Shown: positions 13,766-25,955, counted from the stretch's first letter. The stretch: 64,000 nt of DNA from Plasmodiophora brassicae (GCA_036867785.1 CP145409.1:1364001-1428000); one strand, 5' to 3'. Translations and numbers: made by a program. The notes: generated by a model from the sequence alone, not told the origin.

Positions 13766-14218
13766 ATGCACGCTCGCGTCATCATCCTCGCATGTGTGGT
13801 CGTCGCCATTTCCGCTGCCGCCGATGTCACGAAGAGCGGCAAGCAGCAGGTGGCTGGAGGCGGCTCCACTGAAGTGACGCCAGGCAGGGGTCCCCGTCCG
13901 GCCCGGATGGTGTACCCACCGGAAGGTTGGCGGGCGCCTGGCACGCAAGCAGCCGCGCCCCCGGCCGCTCCGGACCCGGAGCCCCGTCGACGCCAGACGA
14001 TGTACCCACCGCAAGGGTGGCAGCCGTCCGATATCCACGAACCTGAGACGACCTTTGGGTGGCATCCGTCCGATATCCACGAACCAGAGACGTCATTTGC
14101 GTCCCGTATCGTCCTCCGCCTCGGCAAGCTCCTCCTGGGCGACCAACGCGCCCCAGACGTTCGTAACCGCGGTCAGTGGGTCGTCGTTGACGAGAACGAC
14201 CCGGCCCTTAGGCGCTAA
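13766..14218 (+). CDS. Small secreted repeat-containing protein (effector candidate)
   Basis: Intronless 150-aa ORF with a signal peptide (MHARVIILACVVVAISAAA) and internal repeats YPPEGW/YPPQGW and W.PSDIHEPET x2. Confidence 0.65.
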   Translation: MHARVIILACVVVAISAAADVTKSGKQQVAGGGSTEVTPGRGPRPARMVYPPEGWRAPGTQAAAPPAAPDPEPRRRQTMYPPQGWQPSDIHEPETTFGWHPSDIHEPETSFASRIVLRLGKLLLGDQRAPDVRNRGQWVVVDENDPALRR

Positions 14219-14277
14219 CGCCATTGGCAGTCGCGATTGCCTCGCTGGGTTTTACTGCTCATATATAAACGACCTGA

Positions 14278-15677
14278 TCAGGATGCCGACGTGCGCGTTA
14301 GGCCAACGGAAGCGTGGCCGCCTTCGAACGCTGCGGGTCGATCTGCGAACGGGGGATGAATACAACGTCGGCAACTGGCATTGGGGGCACCGACATGTTT
14401 GCCGCCTGCTGGGAAGTCTCGCGCGAGATCGACAGGGTCGTGGCTGATATTGTAATGGTCCAGGACCAGGTTGGATTCGTTGATCTTGCTGGGGACGCGC
14501 GCCCCGCCGTTCCCATCGACGAACTTCGCAAAGTAGCCGTGCGGCGTCGCCTCGATGCGACCCTGGCCCCATTGGCGAACGTCCAGGCGGCGACACGGCC
14601 GCATCTGATGCGATGCCGGCTGCGCCTGCCGCCCCATGGCCATCAGTTTCGCCTCGAACGCCATCTGCCACGCGCATATGTGAGCGCCCCGTGCCCATCG
14701 ATCGGTCTGCACAGGCGGCACGAGCCAGCGCAGACCTTCCTCAGGTCGCGTTTCAGCGGGTCCTTCATGCCCCGAACGCTGTAGCCCGGATCGGCGTCGG
14801 CGCCCTGGAACGGGTCGTACTCGTCGTCGTGGATGATGTCGAGGAAGACGCCGCCGGGCGATTGCAGGGCGCGAAGGTACCCGTCCAGCAGGCGGTTCCG
14901 GCGGTCGCGGGACGCTCGAACGCGACCGTCGTCGGCTACGCCTGCACCGATCGTCGTTCGTTCAGCGACCCTGCGAACCAGACGGGGGCGCAGCGTTACG
15001 CTCGTCGATCTGCCGTTGGATGTGCAGGTAGACCGCCTCGTTCCAGGCCTTGGCGAGCTCGTCCTGGCGGCGCGTCTCCATCAGCGACCGCTCGTCCAGG
15101 TACCTAACGGACGGGGCGGGGCGGTGCAACGATCAGGCGGCCGGTCGTCCACTGCCGCGCGCCGCCGCCGCCTACCGCTCGATGTCGCCGATCGGGCTGG
15201 CGCCGTCGTCGGCGACGGCGGCCAGCATGTTCTGGAACGCGGTCTCCTTCTTCGCCAGGTGCCGCTCCTGGATCGCCAGCGACCTGCGCTGGCCACGACG
15301 ACGACCGCCATCGTCAGTCGCGTACACCCAGCGCCAACCACCACCACCAGCATCCTGCTTACAGCGGCGTCGGCGCGCTCCCGCTCCTGCCTCTCGGTGT
15401 ACTTGACGAGCTGGGCGCGCCTCCGTTCGCCCGCCATCTGGTCGGCGGCGGCGCTCGAACCCGCCAGCGGCCGGTGGCGCATGGCCCCGGGCGCCGTTCG
15501 CGACCGTCGCGCCAGGAACGCGGCCGCGTCGCCCAGGACGCTGTCGCGCCTGGGCGACGAATAGACGACGACGTGGCCGAGGTTCCGCTGGTTCGGGTGC
15601 GGGTCCAGGCCCAGGCGCGTGCGCCGGCCCGCCTCCACGTCAGCAGCGGCAACAGCATCACCCGCATCCGCGCCCAT
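14278..15677 (-). CDS. FAM228-like protein (multi-exon)
   Basis: Spliced reading RRQDELAKAWNEAVYLHIQRQIDE...RLLDGYLRALQSPGGVFLDIIHDDEYDPF...KDPLKR resembles my recollection of the FAM228 conserved core; not searched. Confidence 0.5.
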
Positions 15678-15860
15678 GACGATGGACGTCGACGCCGCAA
15701 GTACGCCCAGGGAGTACGATTGGGATCCATCGGTCGAATCTTCACGTCGTCGTACCTGCCGAACGAATCGCAACGACGGGATCGTCCGTTGCACGCGCCG
15801 GCCGCCTGAAATTGCTCCCGGCGGCGGCTGTCCCTACTCGTCGGCGCGACGACGACGACG

Positions 15861-17049
15861 ATGCTGGCGGGGCGGCGGCGATGGTGCCGGCAGGCGCGTC
15901 AGCGGCGCGGCGTGCGCACGACCTGGAGGCAGACGGTGCCGCCCGACCGCCGCACGTACTGGCACGAGAACAACATGGACCGGTGCCTGCGGGACATGCG
16001 CACCAGGGCCGGCAACGTTCGTCATCTCGTCGAGATTCGCGATGCGCGTATCCCGTTCTGCACACACCCGTACGCCTGCGCCTGCGCCTGCTCCTGCTGG
16101 GGCTGATCGCCCCCCCTTGTGTAGGGAACTGGAGCGCCTGCGCCAGGCGCCGACGTCGCTCCAGGGCCTGGTCGTGTACACGCACGCCGACCTGATCAGC
16201 GAGCAGGCGCGCCGGCGGATCGAGGCCGACGTCGCGTCCCGGACGGGCGTGCACCCCCTGTTCCTCGACCTGTCCGACGTGTACGCGCCCAAGCCGAAGT
16301 TCGAGCGCATCCGGCGGACGGTCGTCGAGTTCGTCCTGGGGGTCGCCGGGCGCGACGGCGAGCGGCGCCAGTACCGCATCGACGAGCGCGTCGAGGCGTA
16401 CGTCGTCGGGTTCCCGAACGTCGGCAAGTCGACGTTCAACCTGATCGTGTCCAAGACGGTGACGGCGAGCAGGAAGGCGCCCGGGCGCGAGTTCAGGCAC
16501 AGCCAGGTGGACAACAGCCCCGGTTGGACCACCGTCATGCGGCCCTACCCGCTCAACACCCAACCGGAGCTCTTCCTCATCGACACGCCCGTAAGCGCGT
16601 CGTTTGGCACGTTCGCCGCCAGCGTGGTGCCGCGTCCCTCACCGTCGTGTCGATTGCAGGGCCTGATCCCGAAACGCGCCGCGTTCGTCGCGCAGCCGGA
16701 CCTGTTCTACAAGCTGGCCGCCGTCGGGTGCTATCGCGACGATTTCCTGGGCCCCGAATGCGAGGACATCCTCGACTTCCTGCTGTTCAAGTGGAACGCG
16801 GCCGGCAGCATCGGCTACATCAAGTTCCTGGGCCTGCCCGGCCCGACCGACGACGTCACCGACCTGATCGCGACGAAACCGGACGGCACGATCGCGACCC
16901 ACGCCAAGCGGCGCCAGGAGGCCATGGACATTCTCCAGGCGTGGCGGGACGGCAGGTTCGGGCGGATCGTCCTCGACGACGAGTGCCCATCGGCACCGGC
17001 ACCCGACGTTGACCAACGGGGTCCCGCCTACCCCAATCTCCGTCACTAA
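15861..17049 (+). CDS. MTG1: Circularly permuted GTPase, YlqF/RbgA/MTG1 family (probably mitochondrial)
   Basis: Arg-rich N-terminus, LVEIRDARIP, G1 GFPNVGKS, G2 PGWT, G3 LIDTP|G, C-terminal WRDGRFGRIVLD. Introns 16070-16124 and 16591-16659. Confidence 0.8.
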
Positions 17050-17193
17050 ATGTCGCCATGGCCTTCCTCTGCGAGTGCGTCCTCCCTCCCTCGAACGTTC
17101 GTGCCGGGGCGTGACGCGCAACGGTCCCGTTGCGCTAGTGTGTGCATTGTCGAATCGAGCGAATGATGTATCGCTATAGGGCAATACGCCCGG

Positions 17194-19281
17194 CTACGTG
17201 GACAGGCGAGGCGGGCTGTACGCGTCGTCGAGGTACCCGGCGCATTGGTCAGCGCGAACGAACTGGCGCTCGGGGTGGTCCCGTTTCGTCTCGATGATGA
17301 ACTGGCGGACGGCGTCGACGGTGGACTGGCGCCCTTCGTGCAGGAGCAGGACGAGGTTGTCCAGGCGGCACGAGAGCATGTTGTCAAGGACGGCGCCGGC
17401 GTCGGTCAGCGCCCAGTCGTTCGAGTCGCAGCTCCACATCATGCTCTTGTAGCCGGCGGCGGCGATCGTGCGTCGTACGACGTCGTTCGTCTCGCCGTAG
17501 GGCGGGCGCATGTACCTCGGGCGCACGCCGATGACCTTCTCGATCGCGTCGCCGCACTGGTCCAGCTCGCGCCGAACGCCGACCTCGTCGAGGCTGTTCA
17601 GGTGTGGGTGCGACCACAGGTGCGACGCGATCTGGTGGCCTTCGTCGAAAGCGCGCTTCGTCGCCTCAATGTTCTTCGGGCCGACGGCGTCGTCGAGGTT
17701 GACGCCCACGATGAAGAACGTCGCCTTGACGTCGTACTGTTTGAAGATGTCCAGAAGGTCCAGCGTCAGCACGTTCGGCCCGTCGTCGAATGTCAACGCG
17801 ATGTGGTTCGGGTTGACGCACCTGCTGAACGTGATCGGTGGGCCTCTGCCAGGCAGCAACGCGACTGCTGCTGGCGTCGGTGGCGACGGGGCTGGAAGCC
17901 TTGGCAGGCTGTACGCGTCGTCGAGGTACCCGGCGCACTGGTCGGCGCGAACGAACTGGCGCTCGGGGTGGTCCCGTTTCGTCTCGATGATGAACTGGCG
18001 GACGGCGTCGACGGTGGACTGGCGCCCTTCGTGCAGGAGCAGGACGAGGTTGTCCAGGTGGCAGGAGAGCATGTTGTCGAGGACGGCGCCGGCGTCGGTC
18101 AGCGCCCAGTCGTTCGAGTCGCAGTTCCACATCATGCTCTTGTAGCCGGCGGCGGCGATCGTGCGTCGTACGACGTCGTTCGTCTCGCCGTAGGGCGGGC
18201 GCATGTACCTCGGGCGCACGCCGATGACCTTCTCGATGGCGTCGCCGCACTGGTCCAGCTCGCGCCGAACGCCGACCTCGTCGAGGCTGTTCAGGTGCGG
18301 GTGCGACCACAGGTGCGACGCGATCTGGTGGCCTTCGTCGAAAGCGCGCTTCGTCGCCTCAATGTTCTTCGGGCCAACGGCGTCGTCGAGGTTGACACCG
18401 ACGATGAAGAACGTCGCCTTGACGTCGTACTGTTTGAAGATGTCCAGCAGATCCAGCGTCAGCACGTTCGGCCCGTCGTCGAACGTCAATGCGATGTGGT
18501 TCGGGTTGACGCATTCGCTGAAGGTGATGGGCGGGCCCACCCCAGGGCGAAGCGTCACCTGGCGACGACGCGGCGCCGGCACCACAGGACGTCGGTACCG
18601 CGATGAACGCGAGGCGAGCGAGCGGTCCATGTCGGCGTGCGCAGGTGGTCGTGGTGATGGATGGGGATGCCGCGGGAACAGCTCGTCTATGAGGTCTCGT
18701 TGTTGTTCCTGTTGTTGTCGTTGTTGTTGTTGCTGCTGCTGCACAGGTGGCGTCGGTGGGTGTTGCGCCACGGGCGATGAAGGCGACGAGGGAACATCTG
18801 CATCGGGCGACACCCGCATGGACACGTCGTGATGGGCGACGAACGGGGAGGTGATGACCTGGGCCGTGAGAACGAGGAACGCGACGAGCTCAACCATGAT
18901 CCAGACGGATATGGCAGAGATGATCATGACCTGCACGGTGGTGATCTTACGCGGACGCCCGGGCGTCGCTGGGTAATCCCGGTAAGAGACGACATTGCTG
19001 GTGGCGGTCGTCGGCAGCATCGGTGGTTTGGAGATTCGCGGTGCCGTTCCCGACAGGACGACGAATTCGATATCAGACGGCGTTGCCGGATTCACGATGT
19101 CACCTCCAACGGGTGCTCTTCCGGCAGGTGACTCACGTTCCGACCGCTGGTGGGAACCTGTGGCGGCGGTGGCGGCGCCAGAACCGACCACGCCGGCGGC
19201 CCAGGTATGGACAGTCTGCACGCCGCCAGCCCCGTCATGCAGCCGCCGCACCGCTATATTTAGCAAGGCAGGCACCAACAT
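17194..19281 (-). CDS. Membrane-anchored polysaccharide (chitin) deacetylase with two tandem CE4/NodB domains
   Basis: Each domain carries TFDDGP, HLWSHPHL, RPPYG, DSNDW and LLLHE. A hydrophobic TM segment and a poly-Q/Pro linker lie upstream. Intronless; exact start codon uncertain. Confidence 0.9.
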   Translation of the reverse strand: MLVPALLNIAVRRLHDGAGGVQTVHTWAAGVVGSGAATAATGSHQRSERESPAGRAPVGGDIVNPATPSDIEFVVLSGTAPRISKPPMLPTTATSNVVSYRDYPATPGRPRKITTVQVMIISAISVWIMVELVAFLVLTAQVITSPFVAHHDVSMRVSPDADVPSSPSSPVAQHPPTPPVQQQQQQQRQQQEQQRDLIDELFPRHPHPSPRPPAHADMDRSLASRSSRYRRPVVPAPRRRQVTLRPGVGPPITFSECVNPNHIALTFDDGPNVLTLDLLDIFKQYDVKATFFIVGVNLDDAVGPKNIEATKRAFDEGHQIASHLWSHPHLNSLDEVGVRRELDQCGDAIEKVIGVRPRYMRPPYGETNDVVRRTIAAAGYKSMMWNCDSNDWALTDAGAVLDNMLSCHLDNLVLLLHEGRQSTVDAVRQFIIETKRDHPERQFVRADQCAGYLDDAYSLPRLPAPSPPTPAAVALLPGRGPPITFSRCVNPNHIALTFDDGPNVLTLDLLDIFKQYDVKATFFIVGVNLDDAVGPKNIEATKRAFDEGHQIASHLWSHPHLNSLDEVGVRRELDQCGDAIEKVIGVRPRYMRPPYGETNDVVRRTIAAAGYKSMMWSCDSNDWALTDAGAVLDNMLSCRLDNLVLLLHEGRQSTVDAVRQFIIETKRDHPERQFVRADQCAGYLDDAYSPPRLST
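17214..18538. repeat. Near-identical intragenic tandem duplication, period 693 bp
   Basis: 17214-~17845 matches 17907-~18538 with few substitutions. Confidence 0.95.
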
Positions 19282-20600
19282 GCGACGCTATGTCGACCTG
19301 CTGTCCACTGACGTTGAGAATCGCGCATGGTTTCCCCATTGCCTATGGCCAGCCTCCCCGCAGGACCTGCCGTCTCGCCTCCGCTCAACATCGCTGCCGA
19401 CTTGCGCATCGACTATCTGGCCTCTCTTCGGCCGGGACATCACCGCCGCGCCTTCCTTATCGCCCACGATACACGCTTCTGTCGCACCGTACCGCCTGAT
19501 CTGCAGGACCCCGGTGGCGCGCCTGGGCGAGGTTCTGTCTCCTCGATGACGCCAACATCTCGGTATTTCTTCCGCTGGGCCCCGGTGCCGACGCCTCGTG
19601 TGCCCCCGCCCCCGCCTTTAACGCCTATTGTTGTCCAGTCCCAAGATATTCCGCGTTTCTCGGGACCGGGTGGTTTGTCGACGTTCGCGCTCGTTAAAGC
19701 AAGTTGAAGTGGGTTTGACAACTTAAAGTAGACTTCCAGTGTCGTTCAGCACGCGCGGGAATTCCAACGCCTGTTGGCGGAAAAGTTCCGCCTCTCCTTG
19801 AACCCTGAGCTTTCCGAAGCACCCGAGTTTACAACCTCACCGATCAGTTCGACAGGATGCTCGGGATGGCGATCCGTCTCGAACCGAAGTATCCAACCGC
19901 GCTCGCCGCCATCAACGCTGTCGAGGCCGGAGAGGCACTCTGCCCCTATATTATCGCGAGGTTTGACATTTTATTGCGTCCTGCCCCAAGAGACCACATT
20001 GGCCACCGCCCATCGCTGTGTCCCGAACGGCCCTCCGCTGCTTGTTCTCCTTCGCCATCAGTCAGCGCCAGCGTTCCGCAGGCTGGTTTCGCCGGAAATG
20101 TGCCCGGGCGTCTGTGAACCGGGTTCCCCAGTCGCCCAGTAAACGTTCCGAATCCGACCCTCTCCACGTTACTGATTTGTTATTTATGTCGGCTACATCC
20201 ATACCTCACCTGTACCGGTATGTCTCGTTATCCGCTCACGCCGCGTCAGCACGCCCGCCTTGTTAGACTGTGGCGCGACGTCCAACTTCATCGACTGGTC
20301 GTTCTGTCGTCACCAGGAAGTGTGCCCGTTCGCTCCAAATCGCGTGCCATCCCGGTTCACGACGTCATCGACGGCCGTCAACTAGCCCCAGTAACTCAGG
20401 AAACGGCATCATTACGAATTACCGTCGACGGGTGTGTCGACCGCGACGTCGTCCTCAACATGGTCCACTTCGACTCAGCATCCTGTTATCCTCGGGCTGT
20501 CGTGGTTGGCGGATACGAACCCTGACATCGGTTGGCGTCGGCGCCGTCTGCAGCATGGCAGGCATTGCCCCGCGGGGATCTCACCTCCTGCACGAGACGT
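19280..20600 (+). mobile_element. Degenerate Ty3/gypsy LTR-retrotransposon gag-protease relic
   Basis: Retroviral-type aspartic protease motif LDCGATSNFID (~20262-20295) and VILGLSWLADTNPDIGW (~20485-20535). Upstream lie a gag-like KFRLSLNPEL and a decayed zinc-knuckle region (RGLTFYC). Frameshifted; no RT/IN seen. Confidence 0.7.
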
Positions 20601-22290
20601 CCCTGCGTCTGCGTGTAGGGAGCGAGTAAATTACAGGATACTGATCAGCGAAGCACTGCACGAGCGGCAGAACTGATGCAGGCAGAAGGCCACGCTGGTG
20701 TCATTCGTGCTCGTACGATATGGACTCAGTCGGACGTGCCAGCATGGGCCTAGGCCCTCTTCTGCTCGACTCGCTGTTAACCAGGCGACAGAACGGACCG
20801 TCTCGTCGTCCAGCAACGACACGGCCGGATCCGTCCCCGGACGTCGCCTCAGGCACGGTACCAAGAACATGGACGTGGCCTGGGTTGTCCAACTGATCAC
20901 ACGATCGACTGACAAGCCACAATACATATTACCGGGATATGAAACGTGGGGAACACACTGCCTCTCCCAGTATGGTGATCATTCGTGCTGAGTACGCTTT
21001 CCGTGAGACGATACGATTGGCGGTGATGAGCAGGTCCCAGTCAACGGCGCCGTCTGCAGCGGCACGCGCCGACTCGTGTTCCTGGGAGGCCCACACACTA
21101 GGACATGTCTATTCGTTTATTGTGGGATGAACGAGCTGGGCGTCACGTACCCGACGCACGCGGCGAGCGACCCGCGACGTCGAGGCCAGCGGGCGATGTG
21201 ATGTCCGGTCGGCACCGGGCACCATAATACGCGCTGCACGCGCCCTTGTCCTGCTGTTCCAGCGACATGGTCGGCGGCGACGACACGTCTGACGTGATCA
21301 CGGACGAGATCGTCAACTTCGATGCGATACGTGGGGTGCTGCGTTCGGGGTCGGTCGTCGCCAGGCGGGTACAACGCCCGGCCGTGGCGCCTGACGTCGG
21401 CGGGCCTTCGGTGACCTTGCAGAGACGACTTGACGGCGGCGGCGGCGGTGGCGCGCGCGCGACCCTAGCGTCGTCGGCGACATGTCCAGTCGCAGTACAA
21501 GTCCAGGTGGTCTGTGGCACCGGCGCCCCGGCGTCCTCGACCGCCATGGCACCGGCGACCTTCGACATCAGCTGGCGTCCCGGGCATGCCAGCTGGGGGG
21601 ATCTGCGCCGACAGAGAACCAGATCAGTGGTCGGTGGGTGACCCGGACAGGCAGAGACACGTACCGGCTCGTGAGCGTGTACATAACGACCTGCATCGTC
21701 GCCATGCCTCCTTGCTCGATGTACGTTGAACACGTGCCAGAGTGTCCACCAGTATGGTGATGGTGGCATCGTCGGCCCAGGCGGCCCGTCGCGTTGCCTG
21801 CCGAACAAAATGGCAGCGGTCGACGAGCAGGGCGGTCGTGACGAGGGCGGCACGTTCGGGGCGTAACTCATCTAGGCGGGCAGCAAACGTTATCATCCGG
21901 GTGCGCCCATGGCGGGACATACGGTCGAGAACGTACGCACCACGACGACGACTGGATCAAAGAGGTAATAGGAGCGGGACATGGTGCTCGAGGAATGGGG
22001 ACCGGCGCAGCGAAACGGGTCCATGCAGGACGTAACTGGATGGTAGTCAGTAAACATCAGGGCATGAGGACAACAACGGCGACGAGATGCGGCCGTAGAC
22101 CGACCTTGTGCAATGGGCGTTTCGCGACGTGTCCGCTGACCGACACTGGGCGGGTGGCGACGCCGAGAACGACCGGGTTCCCGAACTCAACCATGGCGGG
22201 TGAGCGAATAAGTTCAGGGCGTAACTACTCGATAATTAACAAACGTCAGGGTCAACGGACGCGGACGCACCCTGAAACTGGAGCTACGAC

Positions 22291-22807
22291 GATCGAGGCG
22301 CGGGACCCGGTCACTTCCTGCCGCTCAACGACGCCTGCATTGCCTGACGTACAGCGTTGTAATGGGGCGTCTGGCGACGAAGAGCGGAGGGACGGCACCC
22401 CCCGTCTTGCCGTTCAACGACGCCCCCGCTGACCGGCGCAAGGCGTCTGGCGACGAGGAGAGCGACCCGGGTCCCGACCTCGACCACGGCGAGCGGCCGA
22501 CGAACAAGTTCAGGGCGGAGGCACCTATACGTACGACAATTAATTGATGTCAGTGCATGAGGGCAACCGGGGTCAACGGTGGCGGACGCACCCTGAAACC
22601 GTGGGACTAGACGATCGAGGAGCGGGACCCGGTCGCTTCCTGCCGTTCAACGACGCCTGCAATGCCTGACGTACAGCGTTGTAATGGGGCGTCTGGCGAC
22701 GAAGAGCGGAGGGATGGCACCCTCCGCCTTGCCGTTCAACGACGCCCCCGCTGACCGGCGCAAGGCGTCTGGCGGCGAGGAGAGCGATCCGGGTCCCGAC
22801 CTCGACC
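22291..22807. repeat. Two tandem copies (22291-22485, 22613-22807) of structured repeat family R1
   Basis: ~195-nt unit with self-complementary ends and duplicated internal CAACGACGCC...GGCGTCTGGCG hairpin motifs. Confidence 0.9.
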
Positions 22808-22913
22808 ACGGGCGCCAACGGGACCTGACCAACAAGGGGAGGATCAGCGGGTGACCCCAGATGACGATTGCACGCGGTCGCTGGGCTTACCGGGGGTCGC
22901 GACGCAGCGCGGC

Positions 22914-23624
22914 TTAGACAGCCTCCGGCACGTACGAATCGACGCGGACCGGCCCCGCCCCGACCATGCCGAGCGCCTCAGGCTGCCCGTACCGACGACG
23001 ACGGCTCCGGACGACGACGCCTGCTGTCCTGACGAGGCGATGCACCTCGGGCGGTTGTTGGACAGCAGGCGGGCGCGGACGCCACGTGTAGGACGGCGTC
23101 GGCTCCGGCAGCCGGTCGACGGCGTCGACGATCCGCCGTAGCTCACGATCCTCCTGCTCGATGTAGTACTCGAACAGGAGGAACTCGACAGTTTCCCGCA
23201 TGCGCTCGAAAGCACGTCGGTACTCCTGTACGCGCTCGTGCGGATCGTCGGACGACGCGTAGCGGTGACGTGGCGCCGGGACCGGCTCGGGTCCCCGAAC
23301 CGCGCGACGGTCCCGTCCCAGTTGCATCTTGTTGAACAGCCATTGCGTTTGATCAGGGCGCCAGGAGGCGTCCCGTCGAACGCAGGCGGGGAGATGGACC
23401 GTCGGCGTGGGGACCCTGCGCTGCTCAGATGGACCGGCCCGTTGGGCGTCACGACCGGCGCTGGAACGGGCGGCGCTCGCGGCTCGGGCGGGTCCGCCGT
23501 CCTGAGGGCTGACGCGCTGTGCAACCTTCTTGGCCTTGGCGCCGGGGCGGGCGGCGCGGGCGGGACGCGGTCGGGCTCGTGAGCTCGACGCGCGTGACGG
23601 GAGGCGGGGAGCGAACACGAGCAT
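22914..23624 (-). CDS. Hypothetical repeat-associated ORF (DDPHERVQEYRRAFERMRETVEFLLFEYYIEQE family)
   Basis: Open 236-aa frame in this copy; the related copies at 27520-27790 (+) and 28258-28605 (-) diverge in frame after PSY. No recognisable domain. Confidence 0.35.
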   Translation of the reverse strand: MLVFAPRLPSRASSSRARPRPARAARPGAKAKKVAQRVSPQDGGPARAASAARSSAGRDAQRAGPSEQRRVPTPTVHLPACVRRDASWRPDQTQWLFNKMQLGRDRRAVRGPEPVPAPRHRYASSDDPHERVQEYRRAFERMRETVEFLLFEYYIEQEDRELRRIVDAVDRLPEPTPSYTWRPRPPAVQQPPEVHRLVRTAGVVVRSRRRRYGQPEALGMVGAGPVRVDSYVPEAV

Positions 23625-23629
23625 CGTTA

Positions 23630-23855
23630 GATCGTCAACCCCAAGACACCCGAATCACTGTGGCGAAAGGATCCACGCGGGGTGCTCGAGATACGCTCTG
23701 CCAGCCAGGGCAGTTGCAGGCAGTCGCAGAGCGTATCGTTGCGGTCAGCGCCAGGCAATGGACAGGCGCGTGACAGGCAGGCAGGCACAGACTCTGGCGC
23801 GTGGAAACGCGTGGCAGATGAGGGAGAACTGTGCCCATATGGCGGCAGGCGGAAT
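23630..23855. repeat. Structured repeat family R2, copy 1
   Basis: Direct repeat of ~26705-26960; contains the perfect 12-bp inverted repeat GATACGCTCTGC/GCAGAGCGTATC. Confidence 0.85.
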
Positions 23856-25739
23856 CCGGCTGGCAGTCATCCGCGCAGACTGAAGACGTCATCATCGCCA
23901 AAGCGTGCCCGGTCATCACAATGACGGATGCAACGTCGACGGTAGGCACCGACCAGGCCGAGGACACGTTCTTCCGACATTGCGTCCCCGACGAGTTCCA
24001 TTGCCTGATCAAGGGCACACCGACGTCCGATCCCTGCGGCAGCCTTCCGACGATCTCGGGAAAAGCACGAGGGAGGCGCCGATAGAGGCGCGACGCGCGT
24101 GCAATTAGTGACGCGTTGGTCAAGGAGCAGCTAGAAGTGCAGTAGTGGGACCAAGACGTCCCTATCGTCGTTCTCGCCGACTCGAGGCCCTCGCAGGAGC
24201 TCGTCGGCATCGTCAGATATGAGACTCCATTCGCCAAGGGCGCCGACACCCCCGTCCGGTTGCGAAGAAGAGCGAGGCTGCTGCTGCCACGGGGATCCAA
24301 GTGGAAGCGCCGTGGGCTGACAGCAAACTTGCTGCCAACTTTTTGTTTCCTTGCCGGCCACGTGGATTTACGTGACAGTGCCCTCGCCCATCCTGCCATC
24401 CACCAGTATCCGCTTGACTCGAGTTCTGCGAGACCGCTCAGGCCGGACATAAAGCAAGGCAGCGCCGACGTGAGGTCGAGGGCGGACCTTCGCGGGTACG
24501 TAGATACGTGGTTGCCTGACGTCGTCGTCATGAGAAGTGCTGTCACGGAAACACGTCTGACGAGCTACTCGTCACATCATTCGTCCATTCCCCTGCAAGA
24601 CCCCAGCACAGAGGTGACAGACCGGCTCTGCCAGGTCGGGGAAAGTGAGCGTTCAGCGAACTTCCCTACGGTCCTCGGATCCGAGAACGAGGTGCCTGCG
24701 TTAAAAGCGCGAAACACAAATGAACTGAACTTAACTTAACTTATCCGCCCATTCGAACCAAAGTTCACCGCAGAGCAAACATCAGCTGGCGCACCTCATC
24801 TATTCAGCAACGGCATCTGCCCTCCGGTCAACGTGAGCATTCTGTGGCCAACGTATTGCGACCGGTATTCAAGAACGTATCGTCAGGACATCTCCAATTA
24901 TTCCGGTTGGTGCATCTAGATGCGCAGCTGGGGACTCGGCCGGTGCACCGGATGCTGGCCGATGCACCGGATGCTGGACCACCCAACAAAAAAAGGGTTA
25001 CATCACCATGCGGTTCCCCGGTGGTCCCCCTCCCGAGTACTGGACAGGCCAAACACCATTTGGCTTCGCAATTCGGAATGAGATACGGCACATTCGGTGT
25101 TGTATGAACGTAACCATCAGCACACGGTCGCTGCGGCGTAGTGTGTAGTATCAGTCGATTAACGGGCCACGCTGCCAACTGGATCAGAGGCAGGCGACAG
25201 CCGCTAGCCTTTCCATCGAGGACAGGGAGCAGATCTGGCGGTGGTCGCCCGGATAATAAGGATGACCTTGGAGCGGACGGGTCGACAATCTCGAGGTGAC
25301 TGTTTCGGTCGCACGGGCGGCGACACAAGCAGGATTCAGCGTGCCCCTGCAGACGGCGCATAACAAATGACTCTCTTTACGTGCCAAGTCGGTCGCGGGC
25401 GACAACGCTATCGCTTTTAGCTAGGCATTCAAGGGCGTGTCCGGATCCGATGGCGCCGACGTCGCCAAGATTCTGTCATGTGCCACGTTGACCTGGACCT
25501 ACCTGCTCGTCACCGCGAATCACATCGTGACGTTGGCTGGCACCTGCTCGTCACCGCGAATCGCATTGTGGCACGAAACGGGTGCTCATCACCAACCACC
25601 AAATTGGAAGAGGTGCTGCTTTCCACAAGTCTCATGATCCGCTAATGTGTATTGTGCCGTGTAAATCGATGGATTGAGCGGTCAGCGAGTAGGGCGGTTG
25701 TGGCGAAGGTACGACGATTGACGTCAGGGCACGAGCACG

Positions 25740-25955
25740 GGAGGACGCACCCTGACAGTGTGCGACTAGACGATCGACGAGGTGCGGGACCCGGTCGCTT
25801 CCTGCCGTTCAACGACGCCTGCAATGCCTGGTCGGGGCGTCTGGCGACGAAGAGCGGGGGGATGGCACCCCCCGTCTTGCCGTTCAACGACGCTCCCCCG
25901 CTGACCGGCGCAGGCGTCTGGCGACGAGGAGAGCGACCCGGGTCCCAACCTCGCC
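25740..25955. repeat. Structured repeat family R1, copy 3
   Basis: Matches 22585-22807, with the apical part of the first hairpin deleted. Confidence 0.9.

Noticed and set aside
17245-18606. Long antisense ORFs over the CE4 gene (and similar ones over other genes)
   Set aside because: Shadow ORFs caused by high GC3 codon bias on the coding strand.
19280-21100. Intact LTR retrotransposon
   Set aside because: No paired LTRs, reverse transcriptase, RNase H or integrase motifs were found; only gag-protease remnants.
22440-22490. HDV-like ribozyme in R1 (minus-strand CTCCTCG resembles loop L3)
   Set aside because: The flanking bases do not form P3 or P1 as required.
24090-24400. GNAT-like motif (KWKRRGLTANLL)
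   Set aside because: Only a short resemblance in an interrupted frame; not enough to call.
24945-25570. Short tandem duplications (TGCACCGGATGCTGG x2; ACCTGCTCGTCACCGCGAATC x2)
   Set aside because: Simple two-copy slippage duplications with no further structure.
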